Shown piece after piece: positions 30,654 through 40,227 of a stretch of 64,000 nucleotides of DNA. How positions within the stretch are numbered: the stretch's first letter is position 1; the number at the start of each line of letters is the position of its first letter. The translations under genes and the position numbers were made by a program. Source of the DNA: an uncultured Nitrososphaerota archaeon (lineage in GTDB: Archaea > Thermoproteota > Nitrososphaeria > Nitrososphaerales > CADDZS01); the NCBI GenBank assembly GCA_963799845.1, contig CAWCYI010000004.1:608001-672000 (forward strand), in the 5' to 3' direction. Below the pieces are notes generated by a model. It ran no database searches. It was given only the letters and a program-made list of their open reading frames with translations, and was not told the origin of the DNA.

Positions 30654-31125
30654 AATCTATTTCAATGGCGTGGTGCTCGCTATACGTTGCTCGCCAGCTG
30701 GCGCCTTCCTTGCGAGCTCTATCAATGCCAGACTCTGTGATCTTCCATACGCCAACCTCCACCTCGCCGACCGGGAACACTTGTTTTTTGATGACGAGCG
30801 ATTTTTTCGAAAATTTCAGTATGGTGTCGAGCGCGTTTTTTCGCGATTTTTCATAAACCACTTCCTTGTCCTCCATCCTCAGCTCGCTGAACCATTTGCC
30901 GTTCCTAAGCTCGTGCAACACTGATTTGGTTGTCATTTCGCCCTCGGGTGAGCTCGAGAGCAGGAGAAGTATTGGAATCTCAGCCGCACTCCTTGCAGGC
31001 AACGTCGCGATCACGCTTCGCTCGACAGTCCTCTTCCTTTTTTTCGTGCGCATGTGTTCGCTCACAGGTACGTTTTCCGTGGCGGCTCGAAGGTCCATTT
31101 CTTGAGTTCTTGAATTCCCATTCAT
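30604..31125 (-). CDS. Mrr N-terminal-like winged-helix protein
   Basis: IPILLLL...EDKE...KFSKKSL...GVWKITESG; no nuclease domain follows. Confidence 0.55.
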   Translation of the reverse strand: MNGNSRTQEMDLRAATENVPVSEHMRTKKRKRTVERSVIATLPARSAAEIPILLLLSSSPEGEMTTKSVLHELRNGKWFSELRMEDKEVVYEKSRKNALDTILKFSKKSLVIKKQVFPVGEVEVGVWKITESGIDRARKEGASWRATYSEHHAIEIDFEDLSERAVHDASQES

Positions 31126-31438
31126 TTTGCTAGAGTCAGGCGACACGCACACTTCCGCTGACTAATAGCCAAAGCCGTCTGTAGTGACAGACTGCCGCGT
31201 TTGAATTTGAAACGTCGAACTTGATCATTGAATGACCTATTAGAAATAATTCCAAATAGGTTGGCAAAAATAAAGGGGTTTGGGCTCGTGATTCTGATCT
31301 GACATTCTGAATCGGGATCATCCAATATGATGCACTCTGACAAACTGAATTCGAAATGATTGCACGATCTCTCGACTCTCATACTAATTTTGTAATAACT
31401 TATACACCTAGGCTGTTTCCAACTGCTGGGAATAGGAA

Positions 31439-32779
31439 GTGCAAGAATTTTCAGATCTGGCAGTAGATGTCACCTCGCAGAACACATACGGGACTTGGAG
31501 GTATCAAAAGGGATGGAAACCGCTTCACATAGTTGATGCTGAAGGTTGTTACTTCACAGATATCAATGGAAAGAAGTACCTCGATTTTTCTTCGCAGTTG
31601 ATGTGCTCTAATCTGGGGCACAAGAACAAGGCTGTTATCGATGCAATCTGCGAGCAGGCAAGAAAACTTGCCTACATTGCACCCTCATTCACGTGCGATG
31701 CCAGGGCGGATCTAAGCAAATTGCTTCTGGAAGTCTTACCGGAAGGGCTGGAGAAATTCTTCTACACGACTTCAGGCACGGAAGCGGTTGAGGCGGCGAT
31801 CAAGATTGCGCGGCTCTATACTGGGAAGCACAAGATAATCTCCAGATATCGATCCTACCACGGATCCACGGGCGGTTCGATCGCCGCGACGGGCGATTTC
31901 AGAAGGATTCCGATCGAACCCACAGGAAAAATAGACGGTGTGGTCTTCGCCCCTGACATGGATCAGTATAGATCTCCCTTTGGAATCGAGTTTGAGGATC
32001 GCGCGCTTGCCTCCGCCCAGTACATCGATTACATGATTCGAAACGAAGGGAATGTCGCAGCTATTCTGGTTGAGCCCGTTGTAGGCACGAACGGAGTGCT
32101 AGTCCCGCCCAAGGAGTACCTCCCGATGTTGAGAGAAATTGCGACGAAGAGAGGGGTCCTCCTCATTACGGATGAAGTGATGTCGGGATGGGGGAGGACA
32201 GGCGAGTGGTTTGCAGTGAATCACTGGAAAGTGAAGCCGGATATCCTGACAACTGCGAAGGGGATTACCGGTGCGTACGTTCCGTTAGGAGTTGCTGCGA
32301 CGACGAAGGAAATCGCGGACCATTTCGAGACGCACTATTTTGCTCATGGGCACACTTACGAGGCACATCCGATGACGCTCGCTCCGGCAATAGCTGCGAT
32401 CAACGAGTACAGACGACTAGATCTCATCCGAGCGGCAAAAAAACAAGGAGAATATCTGGGCAAACTCCTGCAAGAGTTGAAAGAAAGACATCCTTCGGTG
32501 GGAGACGTCAGAGGTCTGGGACTTTTCTGGGCGGTCGAATTAGTGAAGAACCGAGAAACGAAAGAGCCCTTTTTCGGAGCCGAGGATAAGCTTGCGGGAA
32601 AGCTTTCGGTACTGGACAAGATCGGGGCCGAGATGATGAAAAATGGAGTGTTCGTCAATAATTGGTTGAGCCACTTTGTCGTTGCCCCTCCGTTGATCAT
32701 AACAAAAGATGAGATTGACGAGGGAATCCGAGCTTTCGACCAGTCTCTGAAACTGGCTGATGAATTGGTGGCGGCTTGA
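31439..32779 (+). CDS. Class III PLP aminotransferase
   Basis: SGTEA, SYHG, EPVVG, DEVMSGWGRTG, TAKG, GHTY and DVRGLG motifs. Confidence 0.95.
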   Translation: MQEFSDLAVDVTSQNTYGTWRYQKGWKPLHIVDAEGCYFTDINGKKYLDFSSQLMCSNLGHKNKAVIDAICEQARKLAYIAPSFTCDARADLSKLLLEVLPEGLEKFFYTTSGTEAVEAAIKIARLYTGKHKIISRYRSYHGSTGGSIAATGDFRRIPIEPTGKIDGVVFAPDMDQYRSPFGIEFEDRALASAQYIDYMIRNEGNVAAILVEPVVGTNGVLVPPKEYLPMLREIATKRGVLLITDEVMSGWGRTGEWFAVNHWKVKPDILTTAKGITGAYVPLGVAATTKEIADHFETHYFAHGHTYEAHPMTLAPAIAAINEYRRLDLIRAAKKQGEYLGKLLQELKERHPSVGDVRGLGLFWAVELVKNRETKEPFFGAEDKLAGKLSVLDKIGAEMMKNGVFVNNWLSHFVVAPPLIITKDEIDEGIRAFDQSLKLADELVAA

Positions 32780-32834
32780 AACCTACGAAACCATTCGAAC
32801 TGTAGTTTAGAAATTGACAATAGGTTCTATCTGA

Positions 32835-33776
32835 TTACTCTTCCTTTCTGCCCACGGTCACGCTCCTTGCAATCGAGATCGCAACACATCTCGCAGAAAG
32901 ATAACCGACCGCATCAAGAAGTCGGGGGCGCGACTCGGAAGATTTTACTTTCCCGGTAGCGACGGCAAAGATAGTGTCTCCATCGGAAGTCGTGTGCGTC
33001 GGTCTTATCGACATCGCTAGACCATCGTGCGACACCTGGGCTACCTTGATCAGCTCTTCGTGATTCAAGTCAGCGTTGGTCGCGACGATCCCGATAGTCG
33101 TGTTCTCCTTCCTAGGAGCAGTGCGAACGTATTCTTCGATAATATCCTCAAACTGGATGAATTTTCCATTTTCATCCCGAGCTCCCTCAAGAGTCTCCCC
33201 CGTATCAGGATCTCGAATATTCCCCGTGCAGTTCGTAATCATTAGAGCAGCGACATAGATTCCATCAAAGAGTGGAATTGCATACGAGCCGGTACCTCCC
33301 TTGCCTGCACGATCATGCCCTGCAAACCCGCCAGCGCTCCCTCCGATCCCTCCTCCAACATTTCCTTCTGCAACCGGATCCCTTGAAGCGTTCAGGCATG
33401 CATTGTATGCAATATCTCCATAGCTCACCTTCTCAATATTCGCCCTCCACATATCGTAAATTGTCGCGCCGACAATCAGAGGCATCTGTCCCCCGGCCTT
33501 CATCGAGACCAGCCCTCTCTCAAGAAGGTATTTTCTGATACCGATAGGAGAATCCAGTCCGTAAACATCACCGCCAGCGAGGAAGATGGCGTGCCGCTTC
33601 ACGAATCTCTTTGCCACGTCTATTCCGTCCGTATCGAAAGTTGTAGGATAACCTCCTCTTGCCTCGCAGGCAACATCGACCATCGGCTCAAGCAAAACCA
33701 CAGTGCATCCGGTCCCTGCCCTGTCTTCCGCGTGTCCAACCCTCAGTCCCTCGATCGAGGTCAGAGTGCGGTTCAT
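32835..33776 (-). CDS. P1/S58 (DmpA-like) peptidase
   Basis: GLRVGHA, GCTVV, EGNVGGG, NTTIGIVATNA, DGDTIF. Confidence 0.9.
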   Translation of the reverse strand: MNRTLTSIEGLRVGHAEDRAGTGCTVVLLEPMVDVACEARGGYPTTFDTDGIDVAKRFVKRHAIFLAGGDVYGLDSPIGIRKYLLERGLVSMKAGGQMPLIVGATIYDMWRANIEKVSYGDIAYNACLNASRDPVAEGNVGGGIGGSAGGFAGHDRAGKGGTGSYAIPLFDGIYVAALMITNCTGNIRDPDTGETLEGARDENGKFIQFEDIIEEYVRTAPRKENTTIGIVATNADLNHEELIKVAQVSHDGLAMSIRPTHTTSDGDTIFAVATGKVKSSESRPRLLDAVGYLSARCVAISIARSVTVGRKEE

Positions 33777-33804
33777 TTTCTTACGCTTCGTCGTTCCGGC
33801 ACTC

Positions 33805-33810
33805 TTTAAA
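33805..33810. promoter_or_regulatory. Bidirectional TATA box TTTAAA
   Basis: Palindromic hexamer exactly centred between the divergent ATGs at 33776 and 33839. Confidence 0.6.
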
Positions 33811-33838
33811 CTGCATCGACGGTTCAATTTCCGAAATC

Positions 33839-35770
33839 ATGAGCTTAGAGGAAAGAGTCGGCAGCCCTTACGGAACCTGGGAATCCTCGATCACAGCGAA
33901 ATCGGTCGCGTCCGGGAATCATGTATTTGAGTTAAGACTTCATGGTGATGATGTCTACTTTGTCGAAGTCCGGCCGCTCGAGGAGAAAGCGCGCTACTCG
34001 ATCATGAAAGTAGGCTCAAGCGGCGGGGCTTCTCTTGAAATCACTCCAGCTCCATTCCACGCGAGGTCAACGGTTCACGAGTATGGTGGAGGCGGGTTCC
34101 TTCTCTCAGGTGAATGGATAGTCTTCTCGAATTTCACTGATCAGAGGCTTTACAGGAAGCAAGTAGATTCAGATGAAATTCCAGTTCCAATAACCTTCGC
34201 TGGTACAGATGCTCGATATGCGGATGGGATCTCTGACGAAACCCGAAAAAGGATAATCTCGGTAAGAGAGCATCATCCCGTCCCGGGAAAGAGGGACGCA
34301 GTCAATACTATAGTTGGCATTAATCTTGAAGATGGTGGCTTGGGGGAAGTTCTCCTCTTCGGGAACGATTTTTACGCATTCCCAAGGTTGAGCCCCGACA
34401 ACACGAAACTCGCCTGGGTCACCTGGAATTTTCCCAACATGCCGTTTGATGGTTCGGAACTTTGGGTCGGAGAATTCAATAGCGAAGGAAGGCTCCATAA
34501 CAAAACGAAAATCGCCGGAGGACTGGACGAATCCGTGACTCAGCCTAACTGGTCTCCATCTGGTGATCTGTACTTTATTTCGGATCGAACCGGATGGTGG
34601 AATCTCTACCGCTGGCGGGAAAGGATCGTGGAAACTGTTTGCCCTAAAACATCCGACTTTTGCCATCCCGACTGGAATTTGGGTTTTTCCTCGTATGCGC
34701 TCGAATCCGAAAAGAGGATAATCTGCACCTTTGCGGAGAATGGAGAATGGAAACTCGCTTCTCTCGAAACTGATTCGCTTGACTTCAAACAGATAGAGAG
34801 TCCCTTCACCGATATCCAATACGTCCAGGCTTCTCAAGGCTACGCTATTTTCCTTGCAGGATCTCCCAAGGAATCGCACTCCATTTTCCGGTATGATTTT
34901 TCTTCTGGCGAAATTCAGAAAATCTACGAATCGCCGGGAGAGTCCACTGACGAGAATCTGACCTCATTGTCAACCACAGTGACGTTTCCTACTTCCAATC
35001 GTGTCACGGCCCACGGCTTCTATTACGAGCCCCACAATCCGAGGTTCGTTCCTCCTAAGGATGAACTCCCGCCTCTGATTGTGACGGTGCATGGCGGCCC
35101 GACTGATGCATCTTCGAATGCGCTTCAAGGCAGGATCCAGTTCTTCACTTCTCGGGGTTTTGCGGTTCTAGATGTGAATTACGGAGGTAGCAGTGCATAC
35201 GGGCGGGAATATCGTCGGAGGCTAAACGGTCAGTGGGGAATCGTCGATGTTGAAGACTGCGAAAGCGGTGCGATGAGCCTTGCCGGAGAAGGAAAGATAG
35301 ATGGAAATCGAGTAGTAATCAGGGGAGGAAGCGCTGGCGGCTGGACTACATTATGCGCCATAACTTTCAGCAAGATGTTCAAGGCAGGTGCGTGTTCATT
35401 CGGGATCAGCGATCTAGAGAGGTGGGAACTTGACTGCCACAAGTTTGAGTCTCAATACCTCCACTCCTTGATTGGTTCTTATCCGCAGGAACGTGAACTT
35501 TTTCTGGATCGGTCACCAACAAGTTATGTTGAGAACGTTTCAGCACCATTGTTGGTCTTGCAGGGTTTAGAAGACAAGGTTGTACCGCCGAGCCAGAGCG
35601 AGCTGATCGTCGAGGGCCTTCGCAGAAAAAATCGAGACGTGGAGTATGTCGCGTTCGAGGGCGAGCAACACAACTTTCGACAAGCGAAACACGTCGAGGA
35701 AGCTTTGGAGAAGGAACTATCATTTTTCCTGAGAGAGCTCGGTATTCAGGCAAAGTCTTCCATATCCTAA
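33839..35770 (+). CDS. S9 family peptidase (acylaminoacyl/dipeptidyl-peptidase-like)
   Basis: PYGTWES, VHEYGG, HGGP, GGSAGG (Ser), QGLEDKVV (Asp), GEQH (His). Confidence 0.95.
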   Translation: MSLEERVGSPYGTWESSITAKSVASGNHVFELRLHGDDVYFVEVRPLEEKARYSIMKVGSSGGASLEITPAPFHARSTVHEYGGGGFLLSGEWIVFSNFTDQRLYRKQVDSDEIPVPITFAGTDARYADGISDETRKRIISVREHHPVPGKRDAVNTIVGINLEDGGLGEVLLFGNDFYAFPRLSPDNTKLAWVTWNFPNMPFDGSELWVGEFNSEGRLHNKTKIAGGLDESVTQPNWSPSGDLYFISDRTGWWNLYRWRERIVETVCPKTSDFCHPDWNLGFSSYALESEKRIICTFAENGEWKLASLETDSLDFKQIESPFTDIQYVQASQGYAIFLAGSPKESHSIFRYDFSSGEIQKIYESPGESTDENLTSLSTTVTFPTSNRVTAHGFYYEPHNPRFVPPKDELPPLIVTVHGGPTDASSNALQGRIQFFTSRGFAVLDVNYGGSSAYGREYRRRLNGQWGIVDVEDCESGAMSLAGEGKIDGNRVVIRGGSAGGWTTLCAITFSKMFKAGACSFGISDLERWELDCHKFESQYLHSLIGSYPQERELFLDRSPTSYVENVSAPLLVLQGLEDKVVPPSQSELIVEGLRRKNRDVEYVAFEGEQHNFRQAKHVEEALEKELSFFLRELGIQAKSSIS

Positions 35771-35901
35771 AGAATTCATCTTCCGAATTTTATTTGACGA
35801 CGCTTCGCTGACGCGCATTTTCGGCAGGTCTGCAAGCTCTTTTTCTGTACGTGCTGAGTCAGGAGAGGAGGGACAGAAAAATGTCTGCCCCTAGTTCCCT
35901 G

Positions 35902-38199
35902 TCAGTACATAGTGGCGAAGTAGAAGGTATACTGTCCAGCACCGTCATACATGGGCTCCGTCGGATTGTAGAAGAACCCCTGGATGTTCGAAGTCATCAC
36001 TTCGAAAGATAGTGGGTAGACCGTCTGTATCTGCTCCACTTCATTGTTTGCGAACTGGAACGCCTCCGATGTCGTCTTTACTAGATCTGAGAGGTCTCCT
36101 GCGTGCGAGTAGTTGAGCGCTTCGTTCGACAGAGTTCCTAGTATGGAATAATTGTAGTGTTGTATTCCGTACCATGTCCCGCCCGGAGCCAGCAGCGTGC
36201 CTGTGTAATCAGTCACCCACGGATAGTCTGCTGTCCAGTCCAAACCATCGAAGGAGTAAGTTTGTCCCGAAAACGCTTGTGTAACCAGTGTTCCCTCTGG
36301 CTCCGGTACTACTGTTACTGTCACCCCCATGTTGTACGTCGAGCTGATATTGTTTATCGCCTCGGCAATCTCAGTAACTATTGTACCGCCGAGTGTGTCG
36401 CCGGTCGCATAATTCAATGGAATGGTCTGCTGCACCGGAGAAGTGCAAGTGCCGTGGGAATTTAGAGTCGCGCACCCGAAAGTGTTGTTGAACTCTCCCG
36501 GAGCGGCAACGTGTCCGTTATAGTTTGTAAAGCTCGTTATCGGATTCTCCATAGCCGCGAGAAGCAGGTCTTGCGAAGCCGTCAGGTTGAAGCTGTACTT
36601 CGGGACTATCGATGTATTGTAAGCCCCCGGCGGCCCAATACCTGGTGGGATTAGATTAATCTCGACCTGCCCCATCCCATTGTTTTCAGCAATGTTAATT
36701 TCAGACATATTGATCGAGTCCGCAAAAGCTAGCCTAACCCTGAGATCAGCGAATGGCTGGAAGGGATAATACTGCCCCGTCAACGGATTGGAAACATTGG
36801 TGTTGAGTCCGACCGTCTGGGTGTTAAGCGAAGATTGGGGTCCGTAAAGAGAAACTCCCGGTATTATCGATTGAAGTGTCCCGTTATTTAGCCAAGCATT
36901 TCTGTCGGCTACGTCGTAAAGATGGTCATTCGTCACTGCAATAATGAGCGCCTCTCCAGTCCGCCCTGCATTCTCGAGGTCCAGTAATCTTGTCGAAGCC
37001 GATGGGACGAAGTTGATGTTTATTGTCTTGATCTGTGGAATTATCTTCTGTCCGCCCATGAACTGATAGGGACCGCCCCAGTAGTTGGGATTTGCCTGCA
37101 GAACTATATCCTGAGTTGTTTGGCTCCAGCTTTGCAGAGTATAAGGTCCAGTGCCGCCCATCGATCCCTGCGCCGACTCATCGTAATACGTAGTAGCGCA
37201 ACCGCCAACCGTTGGCGAAACTCCGCAGGTCGCAACTTCATCGTCAAAGTACTGCGTTATCTGCGTCGTCTCATTGCCGCTAAGCGCCGGATACGGCAGC
37301 TTGTAACCAGCGGCCGTCCAAGTCGCGAGGTCATGCGTCATCGTATATTCAGGGGCAACGATCGGATCGCCCCAAGTTGCAAACAAATACGGAAATGCGC
37401 CGTCGTAGTGCTGAAGATTCATGACAAAAGTACTGGGGCCGGTTATCTGGACGAAGTTCTCCGCGAGAACCTGGTTCACCCACGACTCTGTGTAAGCTTG
37501 CGGCTGTCCGCTTAGTACGTTGCTCAAGCTGGTGTTAGCGAGTTGCTGAACGATCCACGACGGACCGTACCCGCCCAGAGAAGTCGGTGATGACCCGTCA
37601 ATGATTAACCCTCGAAGGATTGAGAAATACGCAGCTGTTGAATTGAATGGCTCACCGTCTTGGAATGCTATGTTCGTTCTAAGATTGAAATCAACCGTCT
37701 TGTGATCCGCGGCAATCGTGTAATTCTGAGCAAGCCAAGGAATAATCAGACTTCCGCTAGACCCGTTGTACCAGAGCAGATATTCGTAGACGTTATTCAT
37801 GATACCGAGATCGTAGCCTATGTAATCAACAGTCGGATCCATATACTGCGGCGTAGTAAATGTCTCGTACGTGAGTGAGGACGGCACAGCCGAGGTCGAG
37901 CTGCTGCTAGTCGTAGAACTGCTGCTAGTGGTCAAAGAGCTAGTGGTTGAGGAACTGGAAGAAGATGTTGTAGAACTGGAAGCGGAAGATGAAGTGGCCG
38001 AGGAAGAAGATGTCGTCATGCTCGAAGTGGTACTTGGAGACGTACTCGATGTGGTGGATTGAATGCTCGTAGTAGTCGACTTTGCCCCATAGAAGGCAAG
38101 ATACGCGGCCCCGGACGCAAGGATAATTATGACGACAATGACAGCAACGACAAGAGCTACTCTTCCGATCCCGGTTTTCGTGGAGTTCAAATTAAGCAC
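35902..38199 (-). CDS. ABC transporter substrate-binding protein, peptide/SBP family 5
   Basis: TM anchor, long S/T linker, MDP, NVYEYL, FQDGEPFN, GTGPY, NPNYWG, VRLAFA. Confidence 0.9.
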   Translation of the reverse strand: MLNLNSTKTGIGRVALVVAVIVVIIILASGAAYLAFYGAKSTTTSIQSTTSSTSPSTTSSMTTSSSSATSSSASSSTTSSSSSSTTSSLTTSSSSTTSSSSTSAVPSSLTYETFTTPQYMDPTVDYIGYDLGIMNNVYEYLLWYNGSSGSLIIPWLAQNYTIAADHKTVDFNLRTNIAFQDGEPFNSTAAYFSILRGLIIDGSSPTSLGGYGPSWIVQQLANTSLSNVLSGQPQAYTESWVNQVLAENFVQITGPSTFVMNLQHYDGAFPYLFATWGDPIVAPEYTMTHDLATWTAAGYKLPYPALSGNETTQITQYFDDEVATCGVSPTVGGCATTYYDESAQGSMGGTGPYTLQSWSQTTQDIVLQANPNYWGGPYQFMGGQKIIPQIKTININFVPSASTRLLDLENAGRTGEALIIAVTNDHLYDVADRNAWLNNGTLQSIIPGVSLYGPQSSLNTQTVGLNTNVSNPLTGQYYPFQPFADLRVRLAFADSINMSEINIAENNGMGQVEINLIPPGIGPPGAYNTSIVPKYSFNLTASQDLLLAAMENPITSFTNYNGHVAAPGEFNNTFGCATLNSHGTCTSPVQQTIPLNYATGDTLGGTIVTEIAEAINNISSTYNMGVTVTVVPEPEGTLVTQAFSGQTYSFDGLDWTADYPWVTDYTGTLLAPGGTWYGIQHYNYSILGTLSNEALNYSHAGDLSDLVKTTSEAFQFANNEVEQIQTVYPLSFEVMTSNIQGFFYNPTEPMYDGAGQYTFYFATMY

Positions 38200-38247
38200 A
38201 GGTCAATCAGACGTTAGTTAAGCATTTCCTGAAATTCACGTATGACT

Positions 38248-39051
38248 CTAATGGTGATCTATTCTTTCTCTGATCTCTCTATCCCTAAACTCCCGAACAA
38301 ATGAAAGTAGCCTGTCAGAACAGGTTTCGAAAATCTTCTTTCCCTTTTCTTTCGTCGATTTCGTAGGGTCTCCCATCGTTCCGGTTTTGCTCATCCTGCT
38401 CCACCAGTCCATGAATTGGACTTTTCCTCCCGCATTCTGGAACGACCTGCCGCCGGGCTCGACACCGTAGTTGATGAACTTCGATTTTTCAAAGTTCCAG
38501 TCCCTCTCGGCCTTGCTCATGTCAACATTAGCAGGATCGAGGTACATCATCAACGATGTTTCGATCTCTCCAGCGTGAGCATCCTCGCCCTCTAGCAGAT
38601 CAAAAACTTCTGGAGCGATCGCCAGGTAATCCAGTGAGGCACAGAGCGAATGTTTTGATTCAAGCGTTATCCTTCTCGCCGCGATTTCCATCGGTGCGAC
38701 ATTGCTGCCGTGTCCGTTGACAATGATTATCTTCTCAAAACCGTGATGCGCAAGACTCTTCCCGATATCAATGACGAGTCGGATAATTGTTTCGTAATGA
38801 ATGTGAATCGTCGCTGGAAAATCTAGGTGATGCTCGTTATACCCATAACTCACCGAAGGCATGTAAAAAGAAAGTTCGGGCGCAGTTTTGGATACATCTT
38901 TGCAGAGCAGCTCCGCGATGAATGCATCAGTCTTCGTAGGAAGATGTGGTCCGTGTTGTTCTGTTGATCCGACTGGAATTAGAGCAACCCTCTTTTCCGT
39001 GGAAGCCTCGTTGACCTCGGGCCAGTTCATGTCGCCGTAGAATGATTTCAA
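38248..39051 (-). CDS. Creatininase family protein
   Basis: PVGSTEQHGPHLP, NGHGSN, HAGEIETS, GTMGDP; TTG start overlaps the upstream stop. Confidence 0.92.
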   Translation of the reverse strand: MKSFYGDMNWPEVNEASTEKRVALIPVGSTEQHGPHLPTKTDAFIAELLCKDVSKTAPELSFYMPSVSYGYNEHHLDFPATIHIHYETIIRLVIDIGKSLAHHGFEKIIIVNGHGSNVAPMEIAARRITLESKHSLCASLDYLAIAPEVFDLLEGEDAHAGEIETSLMMYLDPANVDMSKAERDWNFEKSKFINYGVEPGGRSFQNAGGKVQFMDWWSRMSKTGTMGDPTKSTKEKGKKIFETCSDRLLSFVREFRDREIRERIDHH

Positions 39052-40201
39052 GGTTCCCACCGGTACTTTTCGACGACGTTCTGATCGATTTCTATTCCTA
39101 GGCCAGGAGCATCGGGCACGATGAGCTTGCCATTTTCGATCTTGAATTTCTGTTTTGATAAATCTGAAACGAGAGGATTTTCCTCCTGTTTGAACTCCAT
39201 CAAGAACGCGTCCGGCGCGGAAGCCACGAGCTGCATCGAGGCCGCGCTGTTTATGGCTGTGCTCCAGTTGTGGGGAACCCACCTCATGTTGTTGATTCTA
39301 GCGAGTTCTATGATTCTCTTCATTTCCGAGATGCCTCCGAGTTTGCTCGCATCAGGCTGAATCAGATCGGCAGCCTGCCTTGAAATAACGTCAGCAAAAT
39401 CATACACAGTGTAGAGGCCTTCGCCGAACGCTATCGTGACATCGACCGAGTTCGTCAGCCGCTCGTATCCCCTCATGTCATCCTGCGGGAGTGCTTCTTC
39501 AAGCCAGAAAATGTCGTACTTTTCAAAACGCCTTGCCATCCGGATCGCGTGATCAGACGACCAATTAACGTAGCGGCCGACATCAACCATTATGTTTCCC
39601 TTGGATCCGAAAGCATCCCTGATTGTCGTAATCATCTTTTCATCCCTATCCGGATCGGCTCCAAATGGTTTTGACGGAATCATGCCCCAGCCAAACTTTA
39701 CGCCGAAATAATTGTCATTGATGTACCTCAGCCCTTTCTTCGCAGTTCCTTCGACATCGTCCATGTCAAACAAAAGACTCGCGTAAAGCGGGATCTCTTT
39801 TCGATATGTACCCCCGAGAAGTTTCGAGACGGGAATTCCGTAAGACTTGGCTGCGATGTCAACAAGCGCAGTATCCACTCCGCTCTGCGCAAAAGCGGTA
39901 AGGCCCCGACGGCCGAACCACGAAGTCTCGTTGTAGAGTTTTTCCCAGATCTTTCTATAATCTCGGGATCTTCGCCTTTGATCCTAGGAATAAACCCTCT
40001 TTCGATCAATACTTTAACGGCGAGTGCTGATTCTCCGTACTCGCTGCCCGTGCAACACTCCCCCCAACCGTCGATTCCCTCGTCCGTTTCAACGTGGACG
40101 ATAACCTGGTAGCCGGTATATCCGCCGACGTTCAGCTCAAATTCGAAAGAGCCGGGATCCTGTGCATAAAGGATAATCGCTTCAATGTTTTTGATCTTCA
40201 C
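39048..40201 (-). CDS. Mandelate racemase/muconate-lactonizing enzyme family protein (1-nt deletion near 39965)
   Basis: ETDEGIDGWGE, SGVDTALVDI, IMVD, WLEE, GE, QPD, PH, PGLGIE; one extra C at EDP restores the frame. Confidence 0.88.
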
Positions 40202-40227
40202 GGGACCGACGAATTATCGCCGGATAT

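Noticed and set aside
21062-35753. Long overlapping ORFs such as 21062-22048, 24619-25413 and 34169-34879
   Set aside because: Alternate-frame or antisense shadows of well-supported genes, with no motifs.
37870-38080. Low-complexity DNA repeats
   Set aside because: They encode the Ser/Thr linker of the substrate-binding protein.
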